The position numbers were made by a program, and so were the translations under genes. From contig JBCNUW010000005.1 of assembly GCA_039630575.1 (NCBI GenBank), positions 23,949-87,948 of the forward strand: 64,000 bases of DNA. The letters are read 5' to 3'. This DNA comes from Candidatus Hydrothermales bacterium (GTDB taxonomy: Bacteria; Hydrothermota; Hydrothermia; Hydrothermales; JAJRUZ01). The notes under the pieces are model-generated. The model saw nothing but the letters and a program-made list of their open reading frames with translations. It had not been told where the DNA came from and did no database searches. Shown piece by piece: positions 20,217 through 30,502 of this stretch. The first letter of the stretch is position 1; every line of letters starts with the position of its first letter.

Positions 20217-21075
20217 CTTTGTGAAGATCTTGGAAAAGACCTGATGGTAAAAAGGAGTAAAAAAGTGAAACATTTTTAACTGATAAAAAAACACCTACTC
20301 CAAAACCAGTTAAAACGCGGTGTAGTCCTTCAGATTCTACTGTTTCTTTCCTTCTTGAATCAAAATTTATTGCTAAACTTATGAATCTATTTAGTTCTAA
20401 AAGAGAGGATAACCTGAAGGAAATTAGATTGTCTTCTATTGAAAACCCAAGCGATGGTTTAAAGCTTTTAAAATTGTTTTTAAAATTGGTTGAAAGGGAA
20501 AAGGAAATTTCATAAGGTAAAGAACTTGCTTTACTGTTTGTGGGTATACCGATATTTCTTAAATCAAGGGAAGTTTTAAGGGGTAACATGTTAAAATAGA
20601 AATTTTTTAAAATAGAAAAGTCAAAAGCAAAAGCATATGATGAAAATTCTTTTAATTTAACATATAGAATTTTTAAACTTAACCCCTTTTCTGTATTTAA
20701 AAATTTTTTAAAGGGGATAAAAGGTATACCTATAATCATACCAAGATGATTAGGGTAAATTACTTCACCGGTTTTAAATCCACTTTTATCAGTTACCTCA
20801 AATTTACCTGCGTTAAAAGAAAAAATAGCTGCAGCTATTTTTTTGAAATTAAAAGATAAATACACTGTGTATATATCAAGAAAGTAAGGGGTATAACCGG
20901 TTGATAGAATGAACTTATCTATAGTATTTTCGTTAGGGATGGGTCTAAAAAATATTTTTGAGGTTTCAAAGTTTTCAAAAAAGTGATTGTCTTTTTGAAG
21001 AGCTTCAACTCCTGTAAAGGGGATTCGAACATAGTCAAAAGTTAAAAAAGAGAACAATAAAATTGATATGTTCAT
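20194..21075 (-). CDS. PorV/PorQ-like outer-membrane beta-barrel
   Basis: FNAGKFEVTDKSGFKTG, AFAFDFS, LRNIG, GFGVGV, ends HKVDLQISF with terminal Phe. Confidence 0.6.
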   Translation of the reverse strand: MNISILLFSFLTFDYVRIPFTGVEALQKDNHFFENFETSKIFFRPIPNENTIDKFILSTGYTPYFLDIYTVYLSFNFKKIAAAIFSFNAGKFEVTDKSGFKTGEVIYPNHLGMIIGIPFIPFKKFLNTEKGLSLKILYVKLKEFSSYAFAFDFSILKNFYFNMLPLKTSLDLRNIGIPTNSKASSLPYEISFSLSTNFKNNFKSFKPSLGFSIEDNLISFRLSSLLELNRFISLAINFDSRRKETVESEGLHRVLTGFGVGVFLSVKNVSLFYSFLPSGLFQDLHKVDLQISF

Positions 21076-21148
21076 TTTTTAAAGAATAAAGTAAAACTAT
21101 TGAATTAATCAAGAAGGTAATTTATAATTAAAAGGAGGAATAATATAT

Positions 21149-23758
21149 ATGAAACTTTTATTTCTTTTTTTAGGTATTTCAAAATTAACTGTTAATTTTC
21201 ATACCGTGAGTTTTGATCCCCTAAAGGATAAAATCCCTTTGGTTTTTCCAGAGCTTGAAGGCTCTTATAAAAAGGGTATAAACTACATTTTGATTCAATT
21301 TAGGGAAATACCACTTCCACAGGAAAGAGAGATTTTCTCTTTTTCTTATGGAATAGAATTTACTCCCTGGTATATTCATGAAAACACTTTTATTGTTAAG
21401 ATTAATTCTCCAGAACCTGAGAAAAAGGTAAAGGAGCTTTCTTTATTAGAAAATGTTAGATGGGTTTCTCTTTATAAACCTCTTTATAAATTTACTTTTG
21501 AAGCCTTTGATTTATACTTACGGGAAAAAGATGTTAAGCACAGATTTTACGTCCATGTCTTTGACGTTTCTTATCTTGATGAGCTTGTTTTAATCTCTGA
21601 AAAACTTGGTGCAGAAATAGAATATGTTGATCATAGGAAAACTGAAGAGGAAAGACATCTTTGTTCTTTTGGTTTAAAAATAGAACCTTTTAAACTTTCA
21701 GAAATTGCTAATCACCCTGGAGTTTATGTAATTGGTAGAAATTATGATAAGATGACTTTTAACGATGCATCAAGATGGGTGATTCAAACAAATGTGAGTG
21801 TGGATACATCAATATGGAGAAGGGGAATACACGGTGAAAATGTTATTATTGGGCATAATGATGACGGACTTGATCCAAATCATTGTTTCTTTAATGGAAC
21901 TGTTCTTGGTCAGAACAAGATAGTCTATCTTTTTGATTATAATGGAGGAGGTTTTGCAAATGGTGCTCATGGAACCCATACAGCTGGTTCAGCCTGTGGC
22001 GGAACTGATCAACAGAGTTCAAATTTACAGTATAGAGGAATGGCTTACAAGGCTCGTCTTATTTCACAGGAACCTATTGGAGCAGTTCCTCCTGGTTTTT
22101 ACTCTATATTGATGGATGCCTATAATTTGGGTGCAAGAGTTCATACAAATTCTTGGGGCTATCAGTGTTTTGCATTATTAAATTATTGTGGGGCAGGTGG
22201 TTATGAGGGAGAGGCAATCGATATTGATAATTTTGTTTGGAATTACAATGACATGACAGTTCTCTTTGCTGCTGCAAATGGTGGTGATTGTGTTTCACCT
22301 TTTACTTGTGGAAATGGAAGGAGGATGTCTCGTCCAGCTACTGCAAAGAATGATATAACAGTGGTTGCGACTAGGAGAGCACCTAATCAAGAATATAAAG
22401 CTAATTGGAGTTCCTATGGAGCGCCTAGTAATCTTGGAGATAACCGCTTGGGCACAGATATTACAGCTCCTGGTGAGAATGTATATTCAGCTGATAACGA
22501 AACTGCATGTGCAGTTCTTACAATGTCAGGGACATCAATGGCTACACCCACAGCAGCAGGAGCAGCTGCTTTAGTTATACAGTACTTTAAAGAGGGTTTT
22601 TATGGAAATGGTACAAGAAATTCAGCACCTTCTCATAATCCTTCATCTGCTCTTGTTAGAGCAGTTCTGTTAGCATCAGCAAGAGATATGCAATATGATG
22701 TTGATAATAATGAAGGAGGACCAGCTAACTCAGGTGTTCCGAACATTTATGAGGGTGCAGGTAGGATAACGCTTGAGGATGCTCTTTGGTTTGGTGAGAC
22801 AAGGAAACTTTTATTTGTTGATGGTGATTTACCTGCAGGTGATAACCAGTTAACAACTGGTGATTCTATTTCTTATAGGGTTAATGTTTTAGGTAGTGAT
22901 TTTCCTTTAATTATAGTTCTTTCATGGATTGATTATTTTGGGAGTGCAAACACCTATCCTGTAATAGTGAATGATCTTGATCTTAAGGTAATAAGTCCAA
23001 CTGGTACGATTTATAGGGGGAATTATACTTCAGGTGGATGGTCTATTCCAGGTGGTTCCTTTGATAGGTTAAATTTATGGGAACTTTTTAAGCTTCAGAA
23101 TCCAGCAATAGGAGAATGGAGGATCGTAATAAGGGCTTATAGAATAACACAACCTAAGCCAGCAGGAACAAAATATCCCTTTGCTTTAGTTGTTACAGGG
23201 AATATAGGACAAATTCAAAAGCTTTCATCTGTGGAGAGTTTTTTTGCTTTATCTTCAACATCTGAGGGTGTTTTAATAACTTTCCATTATGGAGGTCTTG
23301 TGGATAGACTTTTAATATACAAAAAAGATGAGAGCGATTTTAAAATTATTTCTGAGAATAGTTTTGTGAGAACGCCTTTTAAGTATGTAGATAAAGATGT
23401 TAAGGAGGGTAAGGAATATGAGTATAAAGTTTTAGCGTTAACTTCTGAAGGAGTTTTTCATTATGGTCCTTTAAAGATAAAGTATGATTTTAAGTTTAAT
23501 TCTTTTGAACTTAGTACAAATATTACAGGTTCGAAGCTAAAAATTTTATTTACAACATTTTATAAGGATGAGATAGAGATAAATTTATATGATATAGGAG
23601 GAAAAAGAGTACAGAGATTGATGAACAAATTTCCTTTTGATAGGGGATTATACAGTATAGAGTTTGAATTAGGAGGTTATGGTATAAAACCTGGAATTTA
23701 TTTTTTAGAATTAAAGGGAAGAAAGATAAATAAGAGGGAGAAAGTGATTCTTTTTTAA
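21149..23758 (+). CDS. S8 subtilisin-like serine protease with T9SS-type C-terminal sorting domain
   Basis: Catalytic D (NDDGLD), H (HGTHTAG), S (GTSMATP); VNDLDL; C-terminal YDIGGK..PGIYFL..KVILF. Confidence 0.9.
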   Translation: MKLLFLFLGISKLTVNFHTVSFDPLKDKIPLVFPELEGSYKKGINYILIQFREIPLPQEREIFSFSYGIEFTPWYIHENTFIVKINSPEPEKKVKELSLLENVRWVSLYKPLYKFTFEAFDLYLREKDVKHRFYVHVFDVSYLDELVLISEKLGAEIEYVDHRKTEEERHLCSFGLKIEPFKLSEIANHPGVYVIGRNYDKMTFNDASRWVIQTNVSVDTSIWRRGIHGENVIIGHNDDGLDPNHCFFNGTVLGQNKIVYLFDYNGGGFANGAHGTHTAGSACGGTDQQSSNLQYRGMAYKARLISQEPIGAVPPGFYSILMDAYNLGARVHTNSWGYQCFALLNYCGAGGYEGEAIDIDNFVWNYNDMTVLFAAANGGDCVSPFTCGNGRRMSRPATAKNDITVVATRRAPNQEYKANWSSYGAPSNLGDNRLGTDITAPGENVYSADNETACAVLTMSGTSMATPTAAGAAALVIQYFKEGFYGNGTRNSAPSHNPSSALVRAVLLASARDMQYDVDNNEGGPANSGVPNIYEGAGRITLEDALWFGETRKLLFVDGDLPAGDNQLTTGDSISYRVNVLGSDFPLIIVLSWIDYFGSANTYPVIVNDLDLKVISPTGTIYRGNYTSGGWSIPGGSFDRLNLWELFKLQNPAIGEWRIVIRAYRITQPKPAGTKYPFALVVTGNIGQIQKLSSVESFFALSSTSEGVLITFHYGGLVDRLLIYKKDESDFKIISENSFVRTPFKYVDKDVKEGKEYEYKVLALTSEGVFHYGPLKIKYDFKFNSFELSTNITGSKLKILFTTFYKDEIEINLYDIGGKRVQRLMNKFPFDRGLYSIEFELGGYGIKPGIYFLELKGRKINKREKVILF

Positions 23759-23894
23759 ACTTAAATTTTAAATTAAAAATAAATTTATACTTTTTATAGA
23801 TTTAGAACCTTTTAAATAGATAAAAAAAATATTAAAAAAAATTAATAAGGGATGCTAATTTTTTTTATAATAAACTTTAAAGGAGGTCTAAAAG

Positions 23895-24182
23895 ATGGAA
23901 AAAATAAAAAAAGAGGATGAAGTTTTTTGGAGAACTCCTCTTGATTACAGAGAAATAAAAAGAACAAAGGGTAATGTGATAATTTTAGAAGACATTTGTA
24001 AGGGTTGTTCTTTTTGTATAGAGTTTTGTCCGACAAATTCACTTTCAAGATCTGAAAAGTTGAATTCAAAGGGGTATCATTTTCCTATATTTAATCCTGA
24101 GAACTGTACAGGTTGTGGGTTCTGTGAAAAGATATGTCCAGAGCTGGCTATAATTGTTGAAAAAGTTGAGGTAAAAGTATGA
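23895..24182 (+). CDS. korD: 2x[4Fe-4S] ferredoxin, oxidoreductase delta subunit
   Basis: CKGCSFCIEFCP and CTGCGFCEKICP. Confidence 0.85.
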   Translation: MEKIKKEDEVFWRTPLDYREIKRTKGNVIILEDICKGCSFCIEFCPTNSLSRSEKLNSKGYHFPIFNPENCTGCGFCEKICPELAIIVEKVEVKV

Positions 24183-25336
24183 GTGCAAAGATACTTACAG
24201 GAACTCACTATATGCTTGGTGATCATGCCTGTGGTGAGGGTGCTATTGCAGCAGGATGTAGATTTTTTGCAGGTTATCCTATAACTCCTTCCACAGAGAT
24301 TGCTGAGTGGATTTCTGCCAGGTTCCCTAAGTTTGGAGGTGTTTTTATACAGATGGAGGATGAGCTTGCTTCAATGGCTGCAATTGTTGGAGCTTCATGT
24401 GGTGGACTTAAATCTATGACTGCAACTTCGGGTCCAGGTATGTCACTTATGTTGGAAAATATGGGACTTGCTGTTATGCTTGAAGTACCCTGTGTAATTG
24501 TGAATGTTCAGAGAGGTGCTCCATCTACTGGACTTCCTACTCTTGTTGGTCAAGGAGACATAATGCAAGCAAAATGGGGTTCCCATGGTGATTATGAAAT
24601 CGTTGCCTATTCTCCAGCCTCATGTCAGGAAATGTTTGATCTTACAATTTTAGCTTTTAATACAGCTGAAATTTATAGAATTCCAGTTGTAATACTAACT
24701 GATGAAGCTGTTGGTCATTTAAGAGAAAAAGTTGTTATTCCCGATGAATCAGAGATAGAAGTTGTTAATAGAAAAAAACCGAATGTTCCACCAGAAGAAT
24801 ACTTACCATACTTACCTGATGATGACCTTGTTCCAAGAATGGCTTTAGCAGGTGAAGGTTATTTTGTTCATATGACTGGTTTGACTCATGATGAAAGAGG
24901 TTATCCAAATATAACTGCTGAAGCTCATGAAAGACTTGTAAGGAGATTGATTGATAAGATACAAAAAAACAAGGATAAAATAATAAAGTATGAAGAAGTT
25001 CAAACAGATGATGCAGAGATATTACTTATATCTTATGGAATAACAGCAAGAAGTTCTTTAAAGGCCGTTCATATTTTAAGAAAAGAGGGAATTAAAGCTG
25101 GTTTATTTAGGTTGATAACAATTTGGCCCTTTCCTTATGAAAAGATAGAGGAGCTTTCAAGAAGAGTATCACTTATTGTTGTTTCTGAGATAAATTCAGG
25201 ACAAGTAAGGGGAGAGGTTTTGAAGGCATTAAAAAGAGACCTGCCAGTAATCGGGGTAAACAAGCTAGGTGGAGATTTAATTACCCCACAAGAAATTGTT
25301 GAAAAAATAAAGGAATATTTAAAAATAAGAGTTTAA
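24179..25336 (+). CDS. korA: 2-oxoacid:ferredoxin oxidoreductase alpha subunit
   Basis: AGYPITPSTE, QMEDE, TATSGPG, QRGAPSTGLPT. Confidence 0.92.
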   Translation: MSAKILTGTHYMLGDHACGEGAIAAGCRFFAGYPITPSTEIAEWISARFPKFGGVFIQMEDELASMAAIVGASCGGLKSMTATSGPGMSLMLENMGLAVMLEVPCVIVNVQRGAPSTGLPTLVGQGDIMQAKWGSHGDYEIVAYSPASCQEMFDLTILAFNTAEIYRIPVVILTDEAVGHLREKVVIPDESEIEVVNRKKPNVPPEEYLPYLPDDDLVPRMALAGEGYFVHMTGLTHDERGYPNITAEAHERLVRRLIDKIQKNKDKIIKYEEVQTDDAEILLISYGITARSSLKAVHILRKEGIKAGLFRLITIWPFPYEKIEELSRRVSLIVVSEINSGQVRGEVLKALKRDLPVIGVNKLGGDLITPQEIVEKIKEYLKIRV

Positions 25337-25349
25337 AAAGGAGAAAAAA

Positions 25350-26201
25350 ATGGAGGTTCAAGTAAAAAAAGAAATTAAACATAGATTATCAAAATGGATT
25401 CGGGAGGACAGATGGCCTCATATTTGGTGTTCAGGCTGTGGTCTTGGAATTGCGATGAACACTATGCTTTATGCCTTTGAAGAACTGAACATTGATCCAA
25501 AGGAAGTTGCTATAGTAAGTGGAATAGGATGCACTGGTAGGGTAGCCGGCTACGTTAAAGTTGATTCCTATCATACAACTCATGGAAGACCTGTGCCTTT
25601 TGCTATAGGTCTTAAGGTTGCAAAGCCAGAAATGAAGGTTATTATATTTTCAGGCGATGGTGATATTATAGCTATTGGAGGAAATCATTTCATCCATGCG
25701 GCAAGAAGAAATTTTGATTTGATCTGTATATGTGTAAATAATTTTAACTATGGTATGACTGGAGGTCAATTTGGTCCTACTACACCTTACAAAGCCAAAA
25801 CTACAACAACACCCTATGGGAACTTTGAGTATCCCTTTAATTTACCTTATCTTGCAGCATCAGCCGGTGCAACCTTTGTGGCAAGGTGGACTTGTCTTCA
25901 CACATACTATTTAAGACAAAGTATAAAAAAGGCTTTAAAGAGAAAAGGGTTTAGCTTCATTGAAATTATTTCTCCTTGCCCAACCGGTTTTGGCAGACCA
26001 AACAAAATAGGAGAAGGTCTTGATGAGATGAGATATTATAAAGAGAAAAGTATTATTAAAAATGGAATTGACCCAAAAGATGCTGAGCTATCTTTAATGG
26101 GAGGAAATATAATTGTAGGTGAGTTTGTGGAGATAGATAAACCTTCATATCTTGAAATTCTGATGGAAAATAATGAAAGAATAAGGAGGGCAGAGATATG
26201 A
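25350..26201 (+). CDS. korB: 2-oxoacid:ferredoxin oxidoreductase beta subunit (TPP-binding)
   Basis: WCSGCG, SGIGC, HGR, GDGD...NN, GMTGGQ, SPCPT. Confidence 0.92.
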   Translation: MEVQVKKEIKHRLSKWIREDRWPHIWCSGCGLGIAMNTMLYAFEELNIDPKEVAIVSGIGCTGRVAGYVKVDSYHTTHGRPVPFAIGLKVAKPEMKVIIFSGDGDIIAIGGNHFIHAARRNFDLICICVNNFNYGMTGGQFGPTTPYKAKTTTTPYGNFEYPFNLPYLAASAGATFVARWTCLHTYYLRQSIKKALKRKGFSFIEIISPCPTGFGRPNKIGEGLDEMRYYKEKSIIKNGIDPKDAELSLMGGNIIVGEFVEIDKPSYLEILMENNERIRRAEI

Positions 26202-26773
26202 AAAGATCAATAAAGGAAATTCAATTTGCTGGTTTTGGTGGTCAAGGAATTGTTTTATCAAGTTATATTCTTGGTCAAGGTATAACTGTTTTTGAAGGTA
26301 GAAACAGCTCAATGACCCAAAGTTATGGTCCAGAAGCAAGGGGTGGAGCATGCTCCTCAGGTGTTGTTATATCAGATAATCCTGATGAGATGGTACCTTA
26401 TCCTAAAGTGACAGAACCGGATGTTTTAGTTTGCATGTCTCAAGAAGCCTATACCACCTATCTTCGCAAAATAAAAATCGGAGGAATTTTAATTTATGAT
26501 TCTGATCTTGTAACAATTGAAGATAAAAGAGATGATATAGAATATATTCCGATTCCTGCTACAAGGAAAGCTGAGGAACTTGGAAATAAGTTAGTTGCAA
26601 ATTCTATAATGCTCGGAGTTCTCCAAAGAATTACAGGTGTCTGTTCAGTAGAAGCTTTGAAAAAATCAATTGAATTTTCAGTTAGAAAAGAATATGCTGA
26701 GTTAAATATAAAAGCTTTTGATGAAGGAATAAGGCTTGCTGAGGATTTTTTAAAAAAGGGGGATAAAAAATGA
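26198..26773 (+). CDS. korC: 2-oxoacid:ferredoxin oxidoreductase gamma subunit
   Basis: AGFGGQG, QSYGPEARGG, NSIMLG. Confidence 0.92.
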   Translation: MKRSIKEIQFAGFGGQGIVLSSYILGQGITVFEGRNSSMTQSYGPEARGGACSSGVVISDNPDEMVPYPKVTEPDVLVCMSQEAYTTYLRKIKIGGILIYDSDLVTIEDKRDDIEYIPIPATRKAEELGNKLVANSIMLGVLQRITGVCSVEALKKSIEFSVRKEYAELNIKAFDEGIRLAEDFLKKGDKK

Positions 26774-27183
26774 AGTTAAATCCTTATTTTAAGGAAGAAA
26801 TTAATCGTGAATTGGGGGAACATAGTGTTTTAATGTGCTATCAATGTGGTAAATGTTCATCTTTTTGTCCAGTATTTAACTTAAGTCCAGAAAAATTCAA
26901 TCCTAGAAAATTGATTGAGATGGTTTATATAGGAGCAGAGGATGTTTTGATGACTGAAGATATATGGAGATGCACAACTTGCTATGAATGTTTTGAAAAC
27001 TGTCCCCAGAGAGTCAACTTTGTTGATATTGTATATTTACTGAGATCAAAGGCAACTGAAAAAGGTTACGCTCCAAAAGTTCCTTTGCAGGAGTTAGAAC
27101 TTGTAAAAAAAGAGGGTTTTTCTGTTCAAATTTCACCAAGAGTAAAAAAATGGAAAGAAGAGGTAGTTAAAATAGGAGGATAA
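26770..27183 (+). CDS. hdrC: heterodisulfide reductase subunit C-like
   Basis: CYQCGKCSSFCP, NPRK, IWRCTTCYECFENCP. Confidence 0.88.
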   Translation: MKLNPYFKEEINRELGEHSVLMCYQCGKCSSFCPVFNLSPEKFNPRKLIEMVYIGAEDVLMTEDIWRCTTCYECFENCPQRVNFVDIVYLLRSKATEKGYAPKVPLQELELVKKEGFSVQISPRVKKWKEEVVKIGG

Positions 27184-27185
27184 AT

Positions 27186-27968
27186 ATGAAAGATAACTTT
27201 GTTTATTTTCCGGGATGTCTTGCTTTAAGAAAGTTTCCAGGTTTCGATTATTCTACAAGATATGTCCTTGATAAGTTAAACATAAATTACAAAACTTCAG
27301 AAGATTTTGTTTGCTGTCCAGATCCTGTATGGATCAGATCCTTATCTTCTAAAGATTGGAAGAATATAGGGTTTAAAAATCTTGAATTAGCAAAAAATTT
27401 AGGCTCAACATTGTTTACAATATGTAACGGATGTTTTGAAACGCTTTATACTCTAAAGAAGAATTATATAAATTTTAAGTCATTTAGAGTTGAACATCTC
27501 GTTTATACTTTATGGAAAAATAAAAAGGACGAAATAAAAAGTAAAATAGTATTTCCCCTTAATGGTAAAAAGTTTGCAATTCATGAGGGTTGCCATTTTA
27601 AAAGACCAAGTTCTTTAATTTCCGAAGAATTTGAAGAATTGACAAAAGTAAAAATATTGAAAGAGATGGTTGAGCTTTTAGGTGCGGAAACAGCAGAGGG
27701 AAAAGATGAATGTTGTGGTTATCCAAATTCATTAACAGATAAGGAAATCTCTTATTTAATAGCAAAAAAAAGAATTGACAATTTCAAAGAAGTAGATGGG
27801 ATAGTTGTTGTATGTCCTTCTTGCTTTTCTCACTTTGAAAATGTGTTAGCTCAGGAAAAAAGGGAATTACCTGTTTACTTTTATTTTGAACTTTTAGCTT
27901 ATTCCCTTGGACTTGATAAAAATAAAATAGGTTTTGAATTTCATAGAATTAAATCTTTAACAATTTAA
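27186..27968 (+). CDS. hdrB: heterodisulfide reductase subunit B-like (CCG domains)
   Basis: YFPGC, CCPDP, CNGC, HEGCH, CCG, CPSC. Confidence 0.88.
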   Translation: MKDNFVYFPGCLALRKFPGFDYSTRYVLDKLNINYKTSEDFVCCPDPVWIRSLSSKDWKNIGFKNLELAKNLGSTLFTICNGCFETLYTLKKNYINFKSFRVEHLVYTLWKNKKDEIKSKIVFPLNGKKFAIHEGCHFKRPSSLISEEFEELTKVKILKEMVELLGAETAEGKDECCGYPNSLTDKEISYLIAKKRIDNFKEVDGIVVVCPSCFSHFENVLAQEKRELPVYFYFELLAYSLGLDKNKIGFEFHRIKSLTI

Positions 27969-27981
27969 AAGGGGGGAGAAA

Positions 27982-30447
27982 ATGAAAAAAAACGGAGAAG
28001 AAATAAGAATAGGAGTATATGTTTGCCATTGTGGATTGAACATAGCAGGTAGTGTAGATTGTATAGATGTTTCACAATTTGCATCTACTTTACCTAATGT
28101 GGTCATAGCAAGAGATTATAAGTATACTTGCTCTGAACCTGGTCAAGAGATTATAAAGAAGGACATTAAGGAATATAAATTAAACAGAGTGGTTGTTGCT
28201 TCCTGTTCACCCAGGTTACATGAACCTACCTTTAGAAAGGCAATTGAAGAGGCGGGATTGAACAAGTACTTACTTGAGATGGCAAATATAAGAGAGCATT
28301 GCTCATGGGTTCATCTTTATGACAGAAAAGCTGCTACTGAAAAAGCTAAGGATCTTGTCAGAGCAGCTGTTGCAAGAGCAAGATTCTTAAAGGAGCAAAA
28401 GGAACCAAAAGTCCCAATAATCAAGAAAGCTCTTGTAATAGGTGGAGGAGTTGCAGGTATCCAAGCAGCTCTTGATCTTGCTGATACAGGTTATGAAGTT
28501 TATATGGTTGAAAAGGAACCCTCTATAGGCGGAAGGATGGCTCAGATCGATAAGACCTTTCCTACTATGGATTGTTCAATCTGTATTCTTGCTCCTAAGA
28601 TGGCAGAAGCTGGAAGACACCCCAACATAAAGATTTTCACAAATTCTACTGTAAAAGAAATTACAGGTTACATAGGTAATTTTCATATAAAAATTGAAAA
28701 GAAGGCAAGATATGTAACAAAAGAATGCACAGCCTGTGGTGATTGCTCTAAAGTTTGTCCTGAGGAGCACCCTAACGAGTTTGACGTGGGTATGGCAACA
28801 AGGAAAGCTATTTATATACCTTTTCCCCAAGCTGTTCCAACTCAGTACATAATTGATCCGAATCTATGTCTGAACCTAAGAAAAGGTACGATAGTTTGTG
28901 AGGAATGTATTTTAGCCTGTGAAAAGAAAGCAATAAACTTTAATGATAAAGATGAGATTGTAGAAATTGATGTTGGTACAATAATTGTAGCTACCGGAAT
29001 GGATGTTTATGACCCTAAGGAAAACAACGATTATGGTTATGGAATTTATGAGAATGTTATAACTTCTCTTGAGTTTGAAAGACTTATTAATTCAGCTGGT
29101 CCAACTAAGGGTAATCTTATAAGACCCTCTGATGGTAAAATTCCAAAAATTGTTTCCTTTATTCAATGTGTAGGTTCAAGGGATTTGCGAACAAATAAGT
29201 ATTGTTCAAATGTATGTTGTATGAATACAGTGAAAGATGCCCTTTTGATTAAAGAACACTGGCCAGAGACTCAGATTTATGTTTTCTATCAAGACATAAG
29301 AGCTTTTGGCAAGGGTTTTGAAGACCTCTACAGAAGAAGTAAAGAGGAAGGAGTTATTTATATAAGGGGTTTACCCTCACGTGTTGAAGAATTACCTGAT
29401 AAGAGATTAAAGATATACGCAGAGGACACCTTATTATCAAAAACAGTTGAGCTTGAAACTGATATGGTAATACTATCAGTTGGACTTATTCCAAGAAAAG
29501 ATAAGGAGGAAATCCAGAAAAAACTTGCTTTAAGCTTGTCAGAGGATGGTTTTTACCTGGAATCACATCCCAAGTTAAAACCTGTTGATACAGCAATAGG
29601 CGGTGTATTCCTTGCAGGTTGTGCTGAAGGACCAAAGGATATAAAGGATAGTGTGACTCAGGCATCAGCTTCTGCAGCAAGAGCTGGTATTTTAATGGCA
29701 AAAGGAGAGGTTACTGTAGAGGCATTAACTCCTGTTATAGATCCTGAGGTTTGCAAAAAATGTGGTATGTGTGCAAATGTTTGTCCATATAATGCATGGA
29801 TTTGGAGTAAAGAGGAGAGAAATGTTCCTAAGTTAATTGAGGCTTCCTGTGCTGGATGTGGTGGTTGTGGTGCTGAGTGTCCATCCGAGGCGATAGATAT
29901 GAGGCACTTTCCAGATGAGGCTATATATGCTCAAATTGACGCCCTTTTGGAGGAGAACCCATCAGAGAAAATTATTGTTTTTGCCTGTAACTGGTGCTCA
30001 TATGCAGGTGCTGATCTTGCTGGTGTTTCAAGATTCCAATATCCTCCAAATGCGAGAATAATCAGATCAATGTGTTCCGCAAGAATCAAACCGGATTTTG
30101 TAATACATGCTTTAAGAAAAGGAGCAGGAGCAGTTTTGTGGTCAGGTTGCCATATAGGTGATTGTCATTACAACTTTGCGAATTTAAATGCTAAAAGAAG
30201 GTATGAAAATATGATGAAAAAACTTGAAAGACTCGGGATTAGAAAGGAAAGAGTGCAGCTTGACTGGTTCTCAGCTGCTGAGGGTATTCAGTTTGCAAAT
30301 AAGATGAAGGAGATGGCTGAAATTGTAAAGACTGTAACTCCCGAAGAAATTGAAAAAACAAAAGAGGCTTTATCTCAATTTAAAATTCCAGAAAAGTATA
30401 AAAAGTTTTTATCAACAATAAAGATGGAAGAAAAAGTTCTTGTCTAA
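27982..30447 (+). CDS. hdrA: HdrA-MvhD fusion (FAD, Fe-S)
   Basis: GVYVCHCGLNI, ASCSP, NIREHCSW, GGGVAG, DKTFPTMDCSICI, QCVGSR..YCSNVCC; C-terminal MvhD motifs FACNWCSYAGAD, MCSAR, GCHIGDCHY. Confidence 0.92.
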   Translation: MKKNGEEIRIGVYVCHCGLNIAGSVDCIDVSQFASTLPNVVIARDYKYTCSEPGQEIIKKDIKEYKLNRVVVASCSPRLHEPTFRKAIEEAGLNKYLLEMANIREHCSWVHLYDRKAATEKAKDLVRAAVARARFLKEQKEPKVPIIKKALVIGGGVAGIQAALDLADTGYEVYMVEKEPSIGGRMAQIDKTFPTMDCSICILAPKMAEAGRHPNIKIFTNSTVKEITGYIGNFHIKIEKKARYVTKECTACGDCSKVCPEEHPNEFDVGMATRKAIYIPFPQAVPTQYIIDPNLCLNLRKGTIVCEECILACEKKAINFNDKDEIVEIDVGTIIVATGMDVYDPKENNDYGYGIYENVITSLEFERLINSAGPTKGNLIRPSDGKIPKIVSFIQCVGSRDLRTNKYCSNVCCMNTVKDALLIKEHWPETQIYVFYQDIRAFGKGFEDLYRRSKEEGVIYIRGLPSRVEELPDKRLKIYAEDTLLSKTVELETDMVILSVGLIPRKDKEEIQKKLALSLSEDGFYLESHPKLKPVDTAIGGVFLAGCAEGPKDIKDSVTQASASAARAGILMAKGEVTVEALTPVIDPEVCKKCGMCANVCPYNAWIWSKEERNVPKLIEASCAGCGGCGAECPSEAIDMRHFPDEAIYAQIDALLEENPSEKIIVFACNWCSYAGADLAGVSRFQYPPNARIIRSMCSARIKPDFVIHALRKGAGAVLWSGCHIGDCHYNFANLNAKRRYENMMKKLERLGIRKERVQLDWFSAAEGIQFANKMKEMAEIVKTVTPEEIEKTKEALSQFKIPEKYKKFLSTIKMEEKVLV

Positions 30448-30502
30448 AATTTCAAGGAGGATATTAAAGGGGGTAAAAGTTTAAAATTTTTTATAAATAA
30501 AA

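Noticed and set aside
23799..23809. Near-match GGTTCTAAATC on the minus strand in an intergenic region
   Set aside because: Lacks the closing CC and no minus-strand gene follows.
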